Below, one piece after another: positions 27,023-36,731 of a stretch of 64,000 nt of DNA. The stretch comes from Dehalococcoidia bacterium. Its GTDB lineage: Bacteria; Chloroflexota; Dehalococcoidia; Lucifugimonadales; Australimonadaceae. The notes below the pieces were generated by a model, which did no database searches, was not told the DNA's origin, and saw only the letters and a list, made by a program, of their open reading frames with translations. The stretch lies in contig OZ220477.1 of assembly GCA_965116015.1 (NCBI GenBank), positions 2,189,704-2,253,703 on the forward strand, written 5' to 3'. The position numbers and the translations under genes are program-made. Numbering within the stretch: position 1 is the stretch's first letter; every line of letters begins with the position of its first letter.

Positions 27023-28139
27023 CGGCGCCGAGGCCGAAGCCTCGCGCCATATGGACGACGCCTCCGATGGCGCCGAGGTTGGCGCGCCCGAAGTAGTCGG
27101 CGAGCAGGATCGTGGGGAGCTGGATCGAGCCGCCTACGAGGAATCCGAATCCGAACGCCGCTGCGAACGCTTGGGGGGGATTCTCGACGCTCAGCAGGGC
27201 GAGCATGAGGGCTGCGCCCGCCGCGTAGAGGATGGCGAGGAGCGCTTGCGCGGGGAAGCGGTCGGCGAGGGCTCCCCATAGGGCTCCGCCTGCGCTGAAG
27301 CCGAACGCGAATACGCTGATGATTACGGCGCCTGTGGAGGGGGAGATTCCTCGCTCGACGTAGAAGGCGAGCTGATGGAATCCGTAGCCGGTCATTACGG
27401 CTGAGATCAGGAAGACGGAGGGGACGATGAGCCAGAGGGCGGGAGAGCGCGCGGCCTCTCGGAGGGAGCGTCCGCGCCGGGTTTCGGCGGCGGCGTAGCC
27501 GGGCGTCCGTGGAGCGCCGTCGGGCTCCAGGCCGATGTCTTCGGGGCGTCGCACGAGGAGGAGAGCCGACGGCAGTGTGCCGAGGAGGAGCGCGATGAGG
27601 CCGAATACGGCCCAGGCCGTAGCGACGCCCGCTCCGGCGATGATGGCCTGCGCTACGGGCGGGGCGATGGCGAGGCCTGCGCTCGACACGAGCGAGAGCA
27701 GGGCGATGGCGCGTCCGCGGCGGCGTTCGAACCACTTCGCTGTGGTGATCTGGCTGGAGAACTGTACGAATCCCTGTCCGGCCATTCGGACGACGCTGTA
27801 GAAGGCGATGTAGAAGAGCACGGAGTTGGTCGCGGCCAGCGCGAAGCAGGAGACGGCGACGAGGGTTGTGCCGATGGGGGTTACGATTCGGGGGCCGCGC
27901 CTGTCGAGGACGCGTCCGATGAAGGGGCCGCCGAGCGCGCTGGCGGCGCTGCCGATGAAGGTTGCGGAGGCGAGGAGGGAGCTGCTCCAGCCGTGCTCGG
28001 CGATGAGGGCGGCGACGAAGACGCTGGCGACTTCGACGGAGCCGACGACGCGGGAGGTGTTGGCCGCGGCGCCGACGGACACGACGATCCATCCGTAGTA
28101 GAACGGGACAGCGGCCGCGACTCTGGCGGCGATCGCCAC
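26895..28139 (-). CDS. MFS transporter
   Basis: 414 aa and about 12 TM segments, with the loop motif GRVLDRRGPR between TM2 and TM3. GTG start. Confidence 0.8.
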   Translation of the reverse strand: MAIAARVAAAVPFYYGWIVVSVGAAANTSRVVGSVEVASVFVAALIAEHGWSSSLLASATFIGSAASALGGPFIGRVLDRRGPRIVTPIGTTLVAVSCFALAATNSVLFYIAFYSVVRMAGQGFVQFSSQITTAKWFERRRGRAIALLSLVSSAGLAIAPPVAQAIIAGAGVATAWAVFGLIALLLGTLPSALLLVRRPEDIGLEPDGAPRTPGYAAAETRRGRSLREAARSPALWLIVPSVFLISAVMTGYGFHQLAFYVERGISPSTGAVIISVFAFGFSAGGALWGALADRFPAQALLAILYAAGAALMLALLSVENPPQAFAAAFGFGFLVGGSIQLPTILLADYFGRANLGAIGGVVHMARGFGLGAGPLIAGLTIDIWRYETAWAALAAMAAVAAALMTLARRPPATA

Positions 28140-28937
28140 TTAGCGTCCCCGGCGGAGCCAGCACCGGAGCTTGAGGCGGCGGGAGAGCCGGCGGAGGGCG
28201 CCGGGTCGCGGCTCTGTCGCGGGGCGCTGCGAGCGGCGACGGAGGCGTTGTCCGATGCGGGAGAGGACGATGCCGAACTCGTAGAGGACGATGATGGGCA
28301 CGGCGACGAGCGTTTGGTTCACGGGGTCGAAGGTGGGGGTGATGATGGCGGCGGCGACGAATGCGAGGAGGATGGCGAAGCGTCTGAATCGGGAGAGCCA
28401 TCGGGGTGTTACGACGCCCAGTCTTGCGAGGGCGAAGAGGACTATGGGGATCTGGAATACGACGCCCATCCAGAACATAAGGGACGTGACGACGTTGATG
28501 TAGCTGGATATGCGGATTTCGGGGTTGACGTTTTCGGAGCCGAAGTTGAAGAGGAATGCGAACGCGGGGGGGAAGAGGACGTAGTAGGCGAATGCGGCGC
28601 CGAGTCCGAATGCGGCGAGCACGCCGGGGAGGAACATAAAGAGGTAGAGGCGCTCCCGGCCAGTGAGTCCGGGGGAGACGAACATAATCAGCTGGTGGAG
28701 GGCTACCGGGAGGGCGGCGACGAATGCGGCCATCAGGGTTACTTTGAAGGTTACGCCGACGGTTTCGAGCACCTCTGTGGCGATCGGCATCTCGTCGAGG
28801 TCTCCGAATCCGGGTTCGAGGAGGAATGCGAAGAGCTGGTTGCGGAAGATGAAGGCGGCGATGAGGGCGGCGACGATGAATACGACGACGATGATCAACC
28901 GTTTGCGGAGCTCGTCGAGGTGCTCGCGGAGGGTCAT
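28140..28937 (-). CDS. tatC: Twin-arginine translocase subunit TatC
   Basis: MTLREHLDELRKRL... is a classic TatC N-terminus, and the protein has a 6-TM profile. The ORF is open further upstream, but the extension is R/P-rich junk. Confidence 0.9.
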   Translation of the reverse strand: MTLREHLDELRKRLIIVVVFIVAALIAAFIFRNQLFAFLLEPGFGDLDEMPIATEVLETVGVTFKVTLMAAFVAALPVALHQLIMFVSPGLTGRERLYLFMFLPGVLAAFGLGAAFAYYVLFPPAFAFLFNFGSENVNPEIRISSYINVVTSLMFWMGVVFQIPIVLFALARLGVVTPRWLSRFRRFAILLAFVAAAIITPTFDPVNQTLVAVPIIVLYEFGIVLSRIGQRLRRRSQRPATEPRPGALRRLSRRLKLRCWLRRGR

Positions 28938-28954
28938 GGCGTTTCTGGCCACGA

Positions 28955-29248
28955 CTATGCCCTCTCGTTGTCGGTGGTTTGGGGGGGGCTTTCGTTGGGG
29001 GCGTCGGGGCTTCTGGGGACGGCGTCTTCGGGCTCTGGGACGGGGTCGCGTGGCGGGGTTTTCGCGGGAGGGGGGGGGTCGAGGTCGACGGCGGCGTCGT
29101 CGGCGGCTGCGCGGAGCGCGCGCTGGGCCTCGCGCCAGTACTTGCCGGCGGTTTTTGCGGCGTCCACCATTCGCGCTGGTCCAAGGACGATGAGGGCGAT
29201 GACGAGGATCCACACGAGCTCAAGGTTGCCGACGCCGAAGAGGTTCAT
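28955..29248 (-). CDS. tatA: Twin-arginine translocase subunit TatA/E
   Basis: MNLFGVGNLELVWILVIALIVLGPARM gives a TM plus amphipathic helix, followed by a Pro/acidic tail. The ATG overlaps the upstream stop (ATGA). Confidence 0.85.
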   Translation of the reverse strand: MNLFGVGNLELVWILVIALIVLGPARMVDAAKTAGKYWREAQRALRAAADDAAVDLDPPPPAKTPPRDPVPEPEDAVPRSPDAPNESPPQTTDNERA

Positions 29249-31134
29249 CGCCGGCTCCGTCCGCTTGGCGGTTTGGGGTGGACGGCTTGCTCGCATTGAG
29301 GGCAGCGGCTCAGCTCGGGCCAGGGGTCGCGGACTGCGGGGGCGAGGCGGAGGCCGAATCGGGCGGCGAGCTTGAGCGCGAGGCAGACGGGGAGGCCGAC
29401 GACGTTCAGCCAGCAGCCGCGCACTTCGGCGGCGGGGGCGAAGGTTGGGCTCTGCACGGCGTAGGCGCCTGCCTTGTCCATTGCGTCGCCGGATGCTATG
29501 TAGGCGTCGATCTCGGCGCTGGAGTAGTGGCGCATCGCGACGCGGGACACGCGCCAGCCGTCCGCGGTCTCGCCGGTTGCGGCGTCGACGAGGGCGATGG
29601 CGGAGATGACGCGGCGCTCGCGACCGCGCAGGGCGCGGAGCATACGGCGGGCATCCTCGGCGTCGCGCGGTTTTCCGAGCGCTGCGCCGTCGAGTTCGAC
29701 GACGGTGTCTGCGCCGAGGATGGTTCCGCGGCTGCGCTGGGCGGCTTGGTCGCGGGCTTTGGCGAGGGCGCGTTCGCGCGCAAGGGCGACGGGGTCGGCG
29801 CCGGGGGGGGCTGGGGGTTCTTCGACGCTGGCGGGGGCGGATGTGAACTCGATTCCGAGTTTGCGGAGTATCTCGCTGCGCCGGGGCGAGGCCGATGCGA
29901 GAACCAGTTCTGAGCGGGCGCGCAGCATAGCGAGGCGGGCGTCGTCGCGCACGAGCGTTACGACGGTCTCGATGTGGCGGGTTTGGGGGAACATATCGAC
30001 GGGCTGGACCTGGACGATTGCGAACGGTCCGGCTGTGAGCGCGGCGAGGTCGCGCGCGAGGGTTTCCGGCTCGCACGATACGTAGACGACTCGCGCGGGG
30101 GGAGAGTCGAGGAGGGCGTTGAGCGTCCCGGGCATACAGCCGGCGCGGGGAGGGTCGAGCAGAACGGCGTCGACGTTGTCGCTGGCGAGCTCCGCGAGGA
30201 TGTCTTCTGTGCGGCTCTGGCGGAGTTCCACGTTGTGGAGGCCGGCGATGTTCTCGCGGGCGTCGGCCAGCGCCGAGGCTGATTCTTCGACGGCGATGAC
30301 GCGGCGGGCATTTCCTGCGAGGAGGGCGGCGAACGTCGCCACGCCTGCGTAGGCGTCGACGATCGTCTGCGCGCCGTCGAGCTGTAGTTCGCGCATAACG
30401 AGCTCGGCCATACGTTCGGCCTGCCGCGTGTTCACCTGGAAGAACGATGGGGACGAGACCTTGAAGCGCCGGCCAAGCAGCTCCTCTTCGTACTGCTTCT
30501 GGCCTGAGGCGAGCGGGATGTCTGGATTCTGGAGCGTGGGCTGGAGCAGGTAGCTTCCGGTATGCGCGCCGTAGCGCAGGGAGAGTTGGGAGGTCTCGGC
30601 GGCGCGGCCTTGCAGCGCGTCGAGAGCCTGATTGATCCAGGGGGCCATCAGGAGGCACTCGTCGATCTCCACGCGCCGCCGGGTTTCCTTGTGCACGAAT
30701 CCGAGCCGCCCGTTGCGCTTGTTTACGGTGAACCGGGCGTGGTTGCGGTAACCGAGCTGGTCGGGACTGGGGAGCGCCGGCTGGATGTCGACGTCGATTC
30801 CGCCGACGCGCTGGAGCGTTTCGGCGACGGCTTCGCGCTTCATCTCGAGCTGGCGGTCGTAGGAGATGTGCTGCCACTGGCAGCCGGTGCATTCGCCGAA
30901 ATAGCGGCACGCGGGCGCGACGCGATGGGGGGATGGGTCGAGGACTTGGTCGACCTGCGCGGCGATGTAGCCGCGGCGCTCGGCGACGACCCTGGCGACG
31001 ACGGTTTCGCCGGGGATGCCTCCGAATACGAACACCTGCTTTCCGGCGTCGGTTGCGAGGGCCTCGCCCTGCCTGCCGAGGTCGTTGAGTTTGAGCGTGA
31101 GGAGGCGCTCCTCGCGCGGGAGGGGGTTAGTCAT
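29245..31134 (-). CDS. Fusion protein: 23S rRNA (uracil-5)-methyltransferase RlmD/RumA-like (TRAM + 4Fe-4S Cys cluster + MTase) fused in frame to a Maf nucleotide pyrophosphatase
   Basis: N-terminal part: CRYFGECTGCQWQH, DAYAGVATFA, ...HIETVVTL. C-terminal part: LVLASASPRRSEIL, GADTVV, DKAGAYAVQ, NVVGLP. There is no stop between the two parts. Confidence 0.85.
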   Translation of the reverse strand: MTNPLPREERLLTLKLNDLGRQGEALATDAGKQVFVFGGIPGETVVARVVAERRGYIAAQVDQVLDPSPHRVAPACRYFGECTGCQWQHISYDRQLEMKREAVAETLQRVGGIDVDIQPALPSPDQLGYRNHARFTVNKRNGRLGFVHKETRRRVEIDECLLMAPWINQALDALQGRAAETSQLSLRYGAHTGSYLLQPTLQNPDIPLASGQKQYEEELLGRRFKVSSPSFFQVNTRQAERMAELVMRELQLDGAQTIVDAYAGVATFAALLAGNARRVIAVEESASALADARENIAGLHNVELRQSRTEDILAELASDNVDAVLLDPPRAGCMPGTLNALLDSPPARVVYVSCEPETLARDLAALTAGPFAIVQVQPVDMFPQTRHIETVVTLVRDDARLAMLRARSELVLASASPRRSEILRKLGIEFTSAPASVEEPPAPPGADPVALARERALAKARDQAAQRSRGTILGADTVVELDGAALGKPRDAEDARRMLRALRGRERRVISAIALVDAATGETADGWRVSRVAMRHYSSAEIDAYIASGDAMDKAGAYAVQSPTFAPAAEVRGCWLNVVGLPVCLALKLAARFGLRLAPAVRDPWPELSRCPQCEQAVHPKPPSGRSRR

Positions 31135-31149
31135 AGGGGAGATGGCACC

Positions 31150-31938
31150 TTACGTGAAGCGTACGCTCACTGCGCCGAGGCTGGCGAACTCGGCGTGGAA
31201 GGCGTCGCCGGGCGCGGCGGGCGTTACGCCGGCGATAGAGCCGGTCATGACGAATTCGCCGGCGCGGAGCTCGGCGCCCAGTTCGGCGAGCTTGTTGGCG
31301 CACCAGGCCACTGCGCTGGCGGGGTTTCCGAGGACGGTGGAGGATTTCGCTCGGTGGGTTTCGTTGCTGTTGCGGTAGATGGCGACTTCCTCGTCTGCGA
31401 GGTCGAGGGCGCTCGGGGGCAATCGGGCGGCGCCGATGACGACCTTTGCGGCGCAGGCGTTGTCGGCTGTGGCGTCGGGTTCCTGGAAGCGCCAGTCCTC
31501 GAACCGGCTGTCGACGATCTCGAGGGCGGGGAACACGTAGTCGGTTGCGGCGATAACGTCTTCGATGGTCACGCCGGGGCCGCGCAGCGGGGCTTTCAGG
31601 CGGAAGGCTATTTCGGGCTCGACCATGGGGCTGATGAGGGATGACGCGCGGATTCGTCCTCCGGTGCGCACGGTCATATCGTCGAGCAGCGTTCCGAAGT
31701 TGGGGGAGCGAACGCCGAGCTTTTCCTGGATGTCGCGGTTCGTGAATCCCACTTTTCGTCCGACGATGCGACATCCGCGCTCGAGCTCGTGGGAGAGGAT
31801 GTCCGCCGCGATGGCGTAGGCGTCGCTGGACGTCATATGGGGGGCGCGGTTGGTGAGCGGTTTGATGGGGGAGCGGTCGCGTCGCGCGTCGATGAGGGCG
31901 TGGGCGAACTCGTGCGCCAGGTGGTGGTCGAGGGTCAT
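31150..31938 (-). CDS. 2-keto-4-pentenoate hydratase/4-oxalocrotonate decarboxylase family (MhpD/XylJ-like)
   Basis: Contains GRKVGFTNRDIQEKLGV..P.FG.L and VEPEIAF. The length of 262 aa fits the family. Confidence 0.8.
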   Translation of the reverse strand: MTLDHHLAHEFAHALIDARRDRSPIKPLTNRAPHMTSSDAYAIAADILSHELERGCRIVGRKVGFTNRDIQEKLGVRSPNFGTLLDDMTVRTGGRIRASSLISPMVEPEIAFRLKAPLRGPGVTIEDVIAATDYVFPALEIVDSRFEDWRFQEPDATADNACAAKVVIGAARLPPSALDLADEEVAIYRNSNETHRAKSSTVLGNPASAVAWCANKLAELGAELRAGEFVMTGSIAGVTPAAPGDAFHAEFASLGAVSVRFT

Positions 31939-32059
31939 AGGGGGAGCCTCCGTGGGTGGGGCGATGGCTCTTGATTCTACGGCGCTGTGGCGCGGGTTTG
32001 CGGCTTGCCTCTAGAATGGTCGGAGCATGGAGAGGGTCGGGGGGAGGAAAGAGAGAAGC

Positions 32060-32881
32060 ATGGTGGAGGGCATAGCGGGCCGTGTAGCCATCGTTACGGG
32101 CGCAGGCCGTGGGATCGGGCGGGGAGTGGCGCTGCGTCTGGCGCGGGAGGGGGCGAAGGTTGTTGTCAACGACCTCGACCAGGGGCCGCTGGACGAGACG
32201 CTGCGGGGGATCGAAGCGGAGGGGGGCAGCGCCGTAGGGCTGGCGGGGTCTGTCGTCGATCCGGACATCGGGGAGAGGCTGGCGAAGCTTGCGGTCGACG
32301 CTTACGGGGATGTCCACATTGTTGTTACGGCGGCGGGGTTCCTGTGGGACGGGATGCTGCACAGGATGACGGACGAGCAGTTTCAGACGATCGTGGACGT
32401 GCATCTGGGGGGGACGTTCAGGGTTGTGCGGGACGCGTTCAAAGTGATGCGGGAGAAGGCTCGCGCGGAGAAGGAGCGTGGGGAGGCCGCGCCGGCGCGG
32501 CGCATCGTGACGATTTCGTCGCTTTCGGGATTCGGGAATCTGGGGCAGGCGAATTATGCGGCGGCGAAAGCGGGGATCGCGGGTTTCACGCGGACTGTCG
32601 CGATCGAGGGGGCGATGTTCAATGTGCTGGCGAACTCGCTGGCGTTCGGTTTCATCGATACGCGGATGACGCGCGCTATCGAATCGCAGAACGAGTATGT
32701 CGGGGGGGCGGCGCAGGGCATTCCCGAGACCGCGCGGCGGAAGGCTCTGGAGCTTATTCCGCTCAAGCGGGCGGGGGCTGTTGAGGAGGCGGTAGGGCCT
32801 ATTATTTTCTTCTGCTCGGACCTTTCGACGTACGCGACGGGAGCGCTGCTGGAGGTGAACGGCGGCGTGCATATCACTTAG
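32060..32881 (+). CDS. SDR-family oxidoreductase (FabG-like)
   Basis: Contains VAIVTGAGRGIGRG, NYAAAKAG (YxxxK) and a GG..VN tail. Confidence 0.85.
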   Translation: MVEGIAGRVAIVTGAGRGIGRGVALRLAREGAKVVVNDLDQGPLDETLRGIEAEGGSAVGLAGSVVDPDIGERLAKLAVDAYGDVHIVVTAAGFLWDGMLHRMTDEQFQTIVDVHLGGTFRVVRDAFKVMREKARAEKERGEAAPARRIVTISSLSGFGNLGQANYAAAKAGIAGFTRTVAIEGAMFNVLANSLAFGFIDTRMTRAIESQNEYVGGAAQGIPETARRKALELIPLKRAGAVEEAVGPIIFFCSDLSTYATGALLEVNGGVHIT

Positions 32882-32897
32882 GGAAGCGCGCGGTTCA

Positions 32898-33311
32898 ATG
32901 GTTCAGGCGTTCGAGGTTTACGAGGCGCGTCCGCGGATTCACGTGGTGGAGTTCGTGAAGCTGCGCAGTTTCAGGATGACGTGTTCGTTTATGAGGCTGT
33001 CGATGCGCATCTACCACTATGCGCGCAGCTTGCCGGGCTACTACGGCGGGGGGATTAAGGGGAAGTGGTGGAGCAAGAGTTTCTATTCGTACACGATATG
33101 GGAGGACAGGGATTCGATGCTGCGCTTCGTGCATACGGGGCCGCACGCGAACGCGGCTGCGCGAGCGCTGACGTTCGCGGCTCCGGGGTCGTGCTACACG
33201 GAGTTCGTGAGCGAGGATCCGCCTGATTGGGCGGCGGCGGAGCGGCGTTTGCAGACGCCGACGCGCTACATCGTGCCGCCCACGTTCGACGGCTGGTCGC
33301 CTTTCAGCTAG
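32898..33311 (+). CDS. Hypothetical protein, possibly DUF3291/ABM (Dabb)-like
   Basis: Contains ..YTIWEDRDSMLRFVHTGPHANAA... G+C is somewhat lower. The domain call is from memory only. Confidence 0.5.
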   Translation: MVQAFEVYEARPRIHVVEFVKLRSFRMTCSFMRLSMRIYHYARSLPGYYGGGIKGKWWSKSFYSYTIWEDRDSMLRFVHTGPHANAAARALTFAAPGSCYTEFVSEDPPDWAAAERRLQTPTRYIVPPTFDGWSPFS

Positions 33312-33337
33312 GGGAGCGCTCCGAAAGCGAGGGGCGG

Positions 33338-33862
33338 CTAGAAGAGGTTGATCATTGAGCGGCGCAGCACGGCGTGCAGGGCGGCGAGGCCGACGACGGC
33401 GGTCGCGAGGTAGCTTACGAGTCCCCAGTCGGCGCCCTGGGTTACGACTGCGAGGACTGTTCCCATCGCCGGGGGGTGCTCGGCGTCGAACGCGGCCATC
33501 GCGAGCATCGTGAGGCCGACCGCGACGGCTGAGAGAGCCGCGGTTGCGAGGGCGCCTTCTCCGAAGGCGGCGCTGCTGGAGAGAGCGCTGGCGGTCAACC
33601 CTAGCGGGACGCCCATCACGACGCCGATGGCGTGTCCGCCTATGGCGTGGCGGGGCGTGGCGGCGGCGCTGTGAGGGGTGATGAAGAAGACGAAGGCGGT
33701 GGAGCCTATCGAGCCGACGACGAAGGCGCGGGAGACGGGGGATCCGGTGATGAGGTTGGCGGCGAGGAGAGCGGCTACGAGGCCGGCGGTGGCGATTCCT
33801 GACTGGAGCAGGTATCGGCGCCAGTTGCTGGCGAGTTTGGGGTCTAGGATGGAGAAGCGCAC
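33338..33862 (-). CDS. HPP-family membrane protein
   Basis: TM-rich, with an AFDAEHPPAMGT (HPP) motif. The GTG start lies immediately after the upstream stop. Confidence 0.7.
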   Translation of the reverse strand: MRFSILDPKLASNWRRYLLQSGIATAGLVAALLAANLITGSPVSRAFVVGSIGSTAFVFFITPHSAAATPRHAIGGHAIGVVMGVPLGLTASALSSSAAFGEGALATAALSAVAVGLTMLAMAAFDAEHPPAMGTVLAVVTQGADWGLVSYLATAVVGLAALHAVLRRSMINLF

Positions 33863-33864
33863 GC

Positions 33865-34572
33865 TTACTTGAACAGCTTCAGGAACCTGTCCTGGTACTC
33901 GTCGAAGACGCCCCAGCGGTTCATTTCGCGGTGGGCTTCGGCGGGCTCTATGGCTCCTCTGCGGGCTTGTTCGAGCATCCACTCGATGCGCTGGCGGCCG
34001 TCTCGCGGGACGGTTCCCTCCATTTCGAGGAGGCCTTGCGCGCGCAATTCGGATGCGTTGCGGCGGGCGGAGCTGGATGTGAGCTCGTAGATGAACTTCA
34101 TGAGCGATACGTCCCACAGGTCGTCGGAGCCCTGGATCACTGCGGAGAGGGGGTCGGCGTCTTTCTCGAGGCGCATGATGATGCGCTGGACGACTTCGCC
34201 GACGGCGCCGGAGACGATGGAGGTGTCGGATCCTTCATTCTTGTAGTGGTACATAAGGCCGGGTTCGTTCGGGCCGAACTCGTTGATGAGGCGCTGGAGG
34301 TAGCGCTCCGCGTTCTCGCCGAATCCCTCGATGTTGAGGAGGTAGTGGGGGGTTACGACGCGCGGTTGGTCGGCTCGGACGGTTCCCTCGCGCACGACCG
34401 ATTCCTCCGCTTCCTGCGCGCCTGCGGGTATGTTGAGCTCCCGGTAGACGGGAGAGGCGACGAGGTAGTAGCGCACGGATGTGGAGCCGAAAGTTGCAAG
34501 GCTCTGCTTCGGGGGGCGGACCACTTGGGTTTGTTCGATGGCGTCGAGAAGGCGCTTGTCTTGTTCATCCAT
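33865..34572 (-). CDS. Hypothetical protein (235 aa)
   Basis: Complex, non-repetitive sequence, tightly coupled to the HPP gene. No recognisable domain. Confidence 0.6.
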   Translation of the reverse strand: MDEQDKRLLDAIEQTQVVRPPKQSLATFGSTSVRYYLVASPVYRELNIPAGAQEAEESVVREGTVRADQPRVVTPHYLLNIEGFGENAERYLQRLINEFGPNEPGLMYHYKNEGSDTSIVSGAVGEVVQRIIMRLEKDADPLSAVIQGSDDLWDVSLMKFIYELTSSSARRNASELRAQGLLEMEGTVPRDGRQRIEWMLEQARRGAIEPAEAHREMNRWGVFDEYQDRFLKLFK

Positions 34573-34674
34573 GGTTGCATTATAGGCTCCCCCGTGGCGG
34601 GCGTTGCGCTATTGTCCGCGCGGAGTTGGCGCCGATGCGGGCGCGGGGGACGCGGCGGTAGTAGGATTGCGGTT

Positions 34675-35046
34675 ATGAGGACGTGGACGCAGCCGGCTGC
34701 ATGGCGGTTCTGGGCGGCTATCGGAGCGGGGCGGTTCGAGCTGCCGCGGTGCGAACGGTGCGGCGCGTGGCAGGGGCCGGACGCGCTGTCGTGCGAGCGT
34801 TGCGAGTCGCGGTTGCTTGCGTGGGCGTCCGCTGCGGCGACGGGGACGGCGTTCAGCGTGATGGAGCCGTGGGGGCGGGAGGGGGATCTTGCGTGGGCGC
34901 TGGTGGTGGTGGATCTGGACGCGGGGCCTCGGATGATGGTGGCGCTGGCGGGCGCGCCGGAGGGTGCGTCGCCGGGGATGCGGGTCGCTGCGCGTCTCGG
35001 CGGGGCGATGCGCGATGATCGGCTGCCGGTGTTCGCGCCGCAGTAG
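34675..35046 (+). CDS. Zn-ribbon/OB-fold protein (DUF35-like)
   Basis: Contains CERCGAW...SCERCES (a 4-Cys ribbon) followed by an OB-like segment. Confidence 0.6.
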   Translation: MRTWTQPAAWRFWAAIGAGRFELPRCERCGAWQGPDALSCERCESRLLAWASAAATGTAFSVMEPWGREGDLAWALVVVDLDAGPRMMVALAGAPEGASPGMRVAARLGGAMRDDRLPVFAPQ

Positions 35047-35306
35047 CCCGCAGTGAGAGTAGGGGCTTCACAGCGCTCTTGGGCGCTGGGCGCTGCCGGC
35101 TCGCTTTGGGCGGAGGCGCCGGGGCGGGTTTGCCGCGCTCCGCGAGCGGCTCGCGATACGCGGCGGCGGCGCCGGGGGCGGGTTTGCCCGTCGCCGGGCG
35201 CGTCTCATATACTGCTCTTCGAATGTCGCCCCGGCGAGGGTTCGGCGCGCGCGCCTGAGATGTCTGCGCGGCGCTGGCTCGCTGGCGACCGAGAGGTTCT
35301 TGATCT

Positions 35307-36680
35307 ATGCCAGATTATGATGTCGCGGTGATTGGAGCAGGACCGGGAGGCTACGCCGCCGCGATTCGGGCAGCCCAGCTTGGGCTCAAGACGGTGTGCG
35401 TGGAGCGCGAGGCGGTTGGGGGGGTTTGCCTTAACTGGGGGTGCATTCCCTCGAAGGCGCTTCTGCGCAACGCCGAGGCGCTGAACATTGTGAATCACGC
35501 GGCGGACTTCGGGATCGCCGTCGAGGGCGTGTGCGCCGACTACGCGGCCGGGGTCGCCCGCAGCCGGAAGATCGTCGACCGGCTCACCAAGGGCGTCGCC
35601 GCCTTGCTCCGCAAGAACGGTGTGAGCTACGTTGAGGGGAGCGCGCGCATCGTTGGGCCTCGCGCCATCGACGTGGACGGGCGGGTTATCGAGGCGGGGC
35701 GGCTTGTTATCGCGACCGGAGCGTCTCCGGCGGTTCTCCCTGGGGTGGAGGTCGACGGCGAGGCAGTGCTCACGTATCGGGAGGCCATCGTGGCGGAGCG
35801 CGTTCCCGAGCGCGTGGTGGTTGTCGGCGCGGGCCCTATCGGGGTGGAGTTCGCTTCGATCTACAACGCGTACGGCGCGGAGACGACGATTGTGGAGGCG
35901 CTTCCGCGAGCGCTTCCAGCCGAGGACGAGGATGCGTCGCAAGCCCTGGCGCGGGCGTTCGCCAAGCGGGGGATCGGCATTCTGACGGGGGCGTCGGTGA
36001 CGAGGGTGGATGTTGCCGGCGGTGAGGCGGTCGTTCGGGTGGACGCGCCCGACGGCGAGAGGAGGCTGATCGCCGACCGTGTTCTTATCGCCATTGGCAT
36101 CCGGCCGAACACGGAGGGGCTGGGGGCGGAGAGCGCGGGAGCCGCGCTGCGCCGGGGGTTCGTGGAGGTGGACGACAATCTGCTGGCCAGCGACGGGGTG
36201 TATGCGGTGGGGGACGTGAACGGGCGGTTGCCTCTGGCTCACGCGGCGCAGGCGGAGGGGGCGTTTGCGGCGGAGCATATCGCGGGACTCAACCCTCAAC
36301 CGTTAGACTATCTCGCTATGCCGAGGGCGGCGTATTGCAGTCCCCAGGTGGCGAGCGTCGGGCTCACCGAGAGGGAGGCGCGCAGCCAGGGCTACGAGGT
36401 GAGCGTAGGCAAGTTTCCGTTTCTCGCGAACGGCAAGGCTCTGGCGGCCGGAGAGAGCGAGGGATTCGCCAAGATCGTGGCGGACTCCGCGACGGGGGAG
36501 CTTCTGGGGGCGCATCTGGTTGGGCACGAGGTTACGGAGCTGCTGGGCGAGCTGAGCCTGACCAAGGCGCTGGATGGGACGGTGTATGAGATGGGGAGGC
36601 TTGTCAACGCGCATCCGAGCATGTCGGAGGCGGTGAAAGAGGCTGCGCTGGCGGCGGAGGGCCGCGCAGTGCACATCTAG
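35307..36680 (+). CDS. lpd: Dihydrolipoyl dehydrogenase
   Basis: Contains YDVAVIGAGPGGYAAAIRAAQLG and the redox centre GGVCLNWGCIPSK, with a C-terminal HAHPS..E motif. Confidence 0.9.
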   Translation: MPDYDVAVIGAGPGGYAAAIRAAQLGLKTVCVEREAVGGVCLNWGCIPSKALLRNAEALNIVNHAADFGIAVEGVCADYAAGVARSRKIVDRLTKGVAALLRKNGVSYVEGSARIVGPRAIDVDGRVIEAGRLVIATGASPAVLPGVEVDGEAVLTYREAIVAERVPERVVVVGAGPIGVEFASIYNAYGAETTIVEALPRALPAEDEDASQALARAFAKRGIGILTGASVTRVDVAGGEAVVRVDAPDGERRLIADRVLIAIGIRPNTEGLGAESAGAALRRGFVEVDDNLLASDGVYAVGDVNGRLPLAHAAQAEGAFAAEHIAGLNPQPLDYLAMPRAAYCSPQVASVGLTEREARSQGYEVSVGKFPFLANGKALAAGESEGFAKIVADSATGELLGAHLVGHEVTELLGELSLTKALDGTVYEMGRLVNAHPSMSEAVKEAALAAEGRAVHI

Positions 36681-36731
36681 CAGGGGTTTGACGAACACGA
36701 CGATGTGGCGCAACCGCCACGGAGGATGCTG

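Noticed and set aside
26866-30910. Very long minus-strand ORFs (785 aa and 651 aa) overlapping the MFS, tatC, tatA and rlmD-maf region
   Set aside because: They are Arg/Pro-rich off-frame translations of real genes. Only the C-terminal 97 aa of the 651-aa ORF (tatA) and the C-terminal 265 aa of the 357-aa ORF (tatC) look like proteins.
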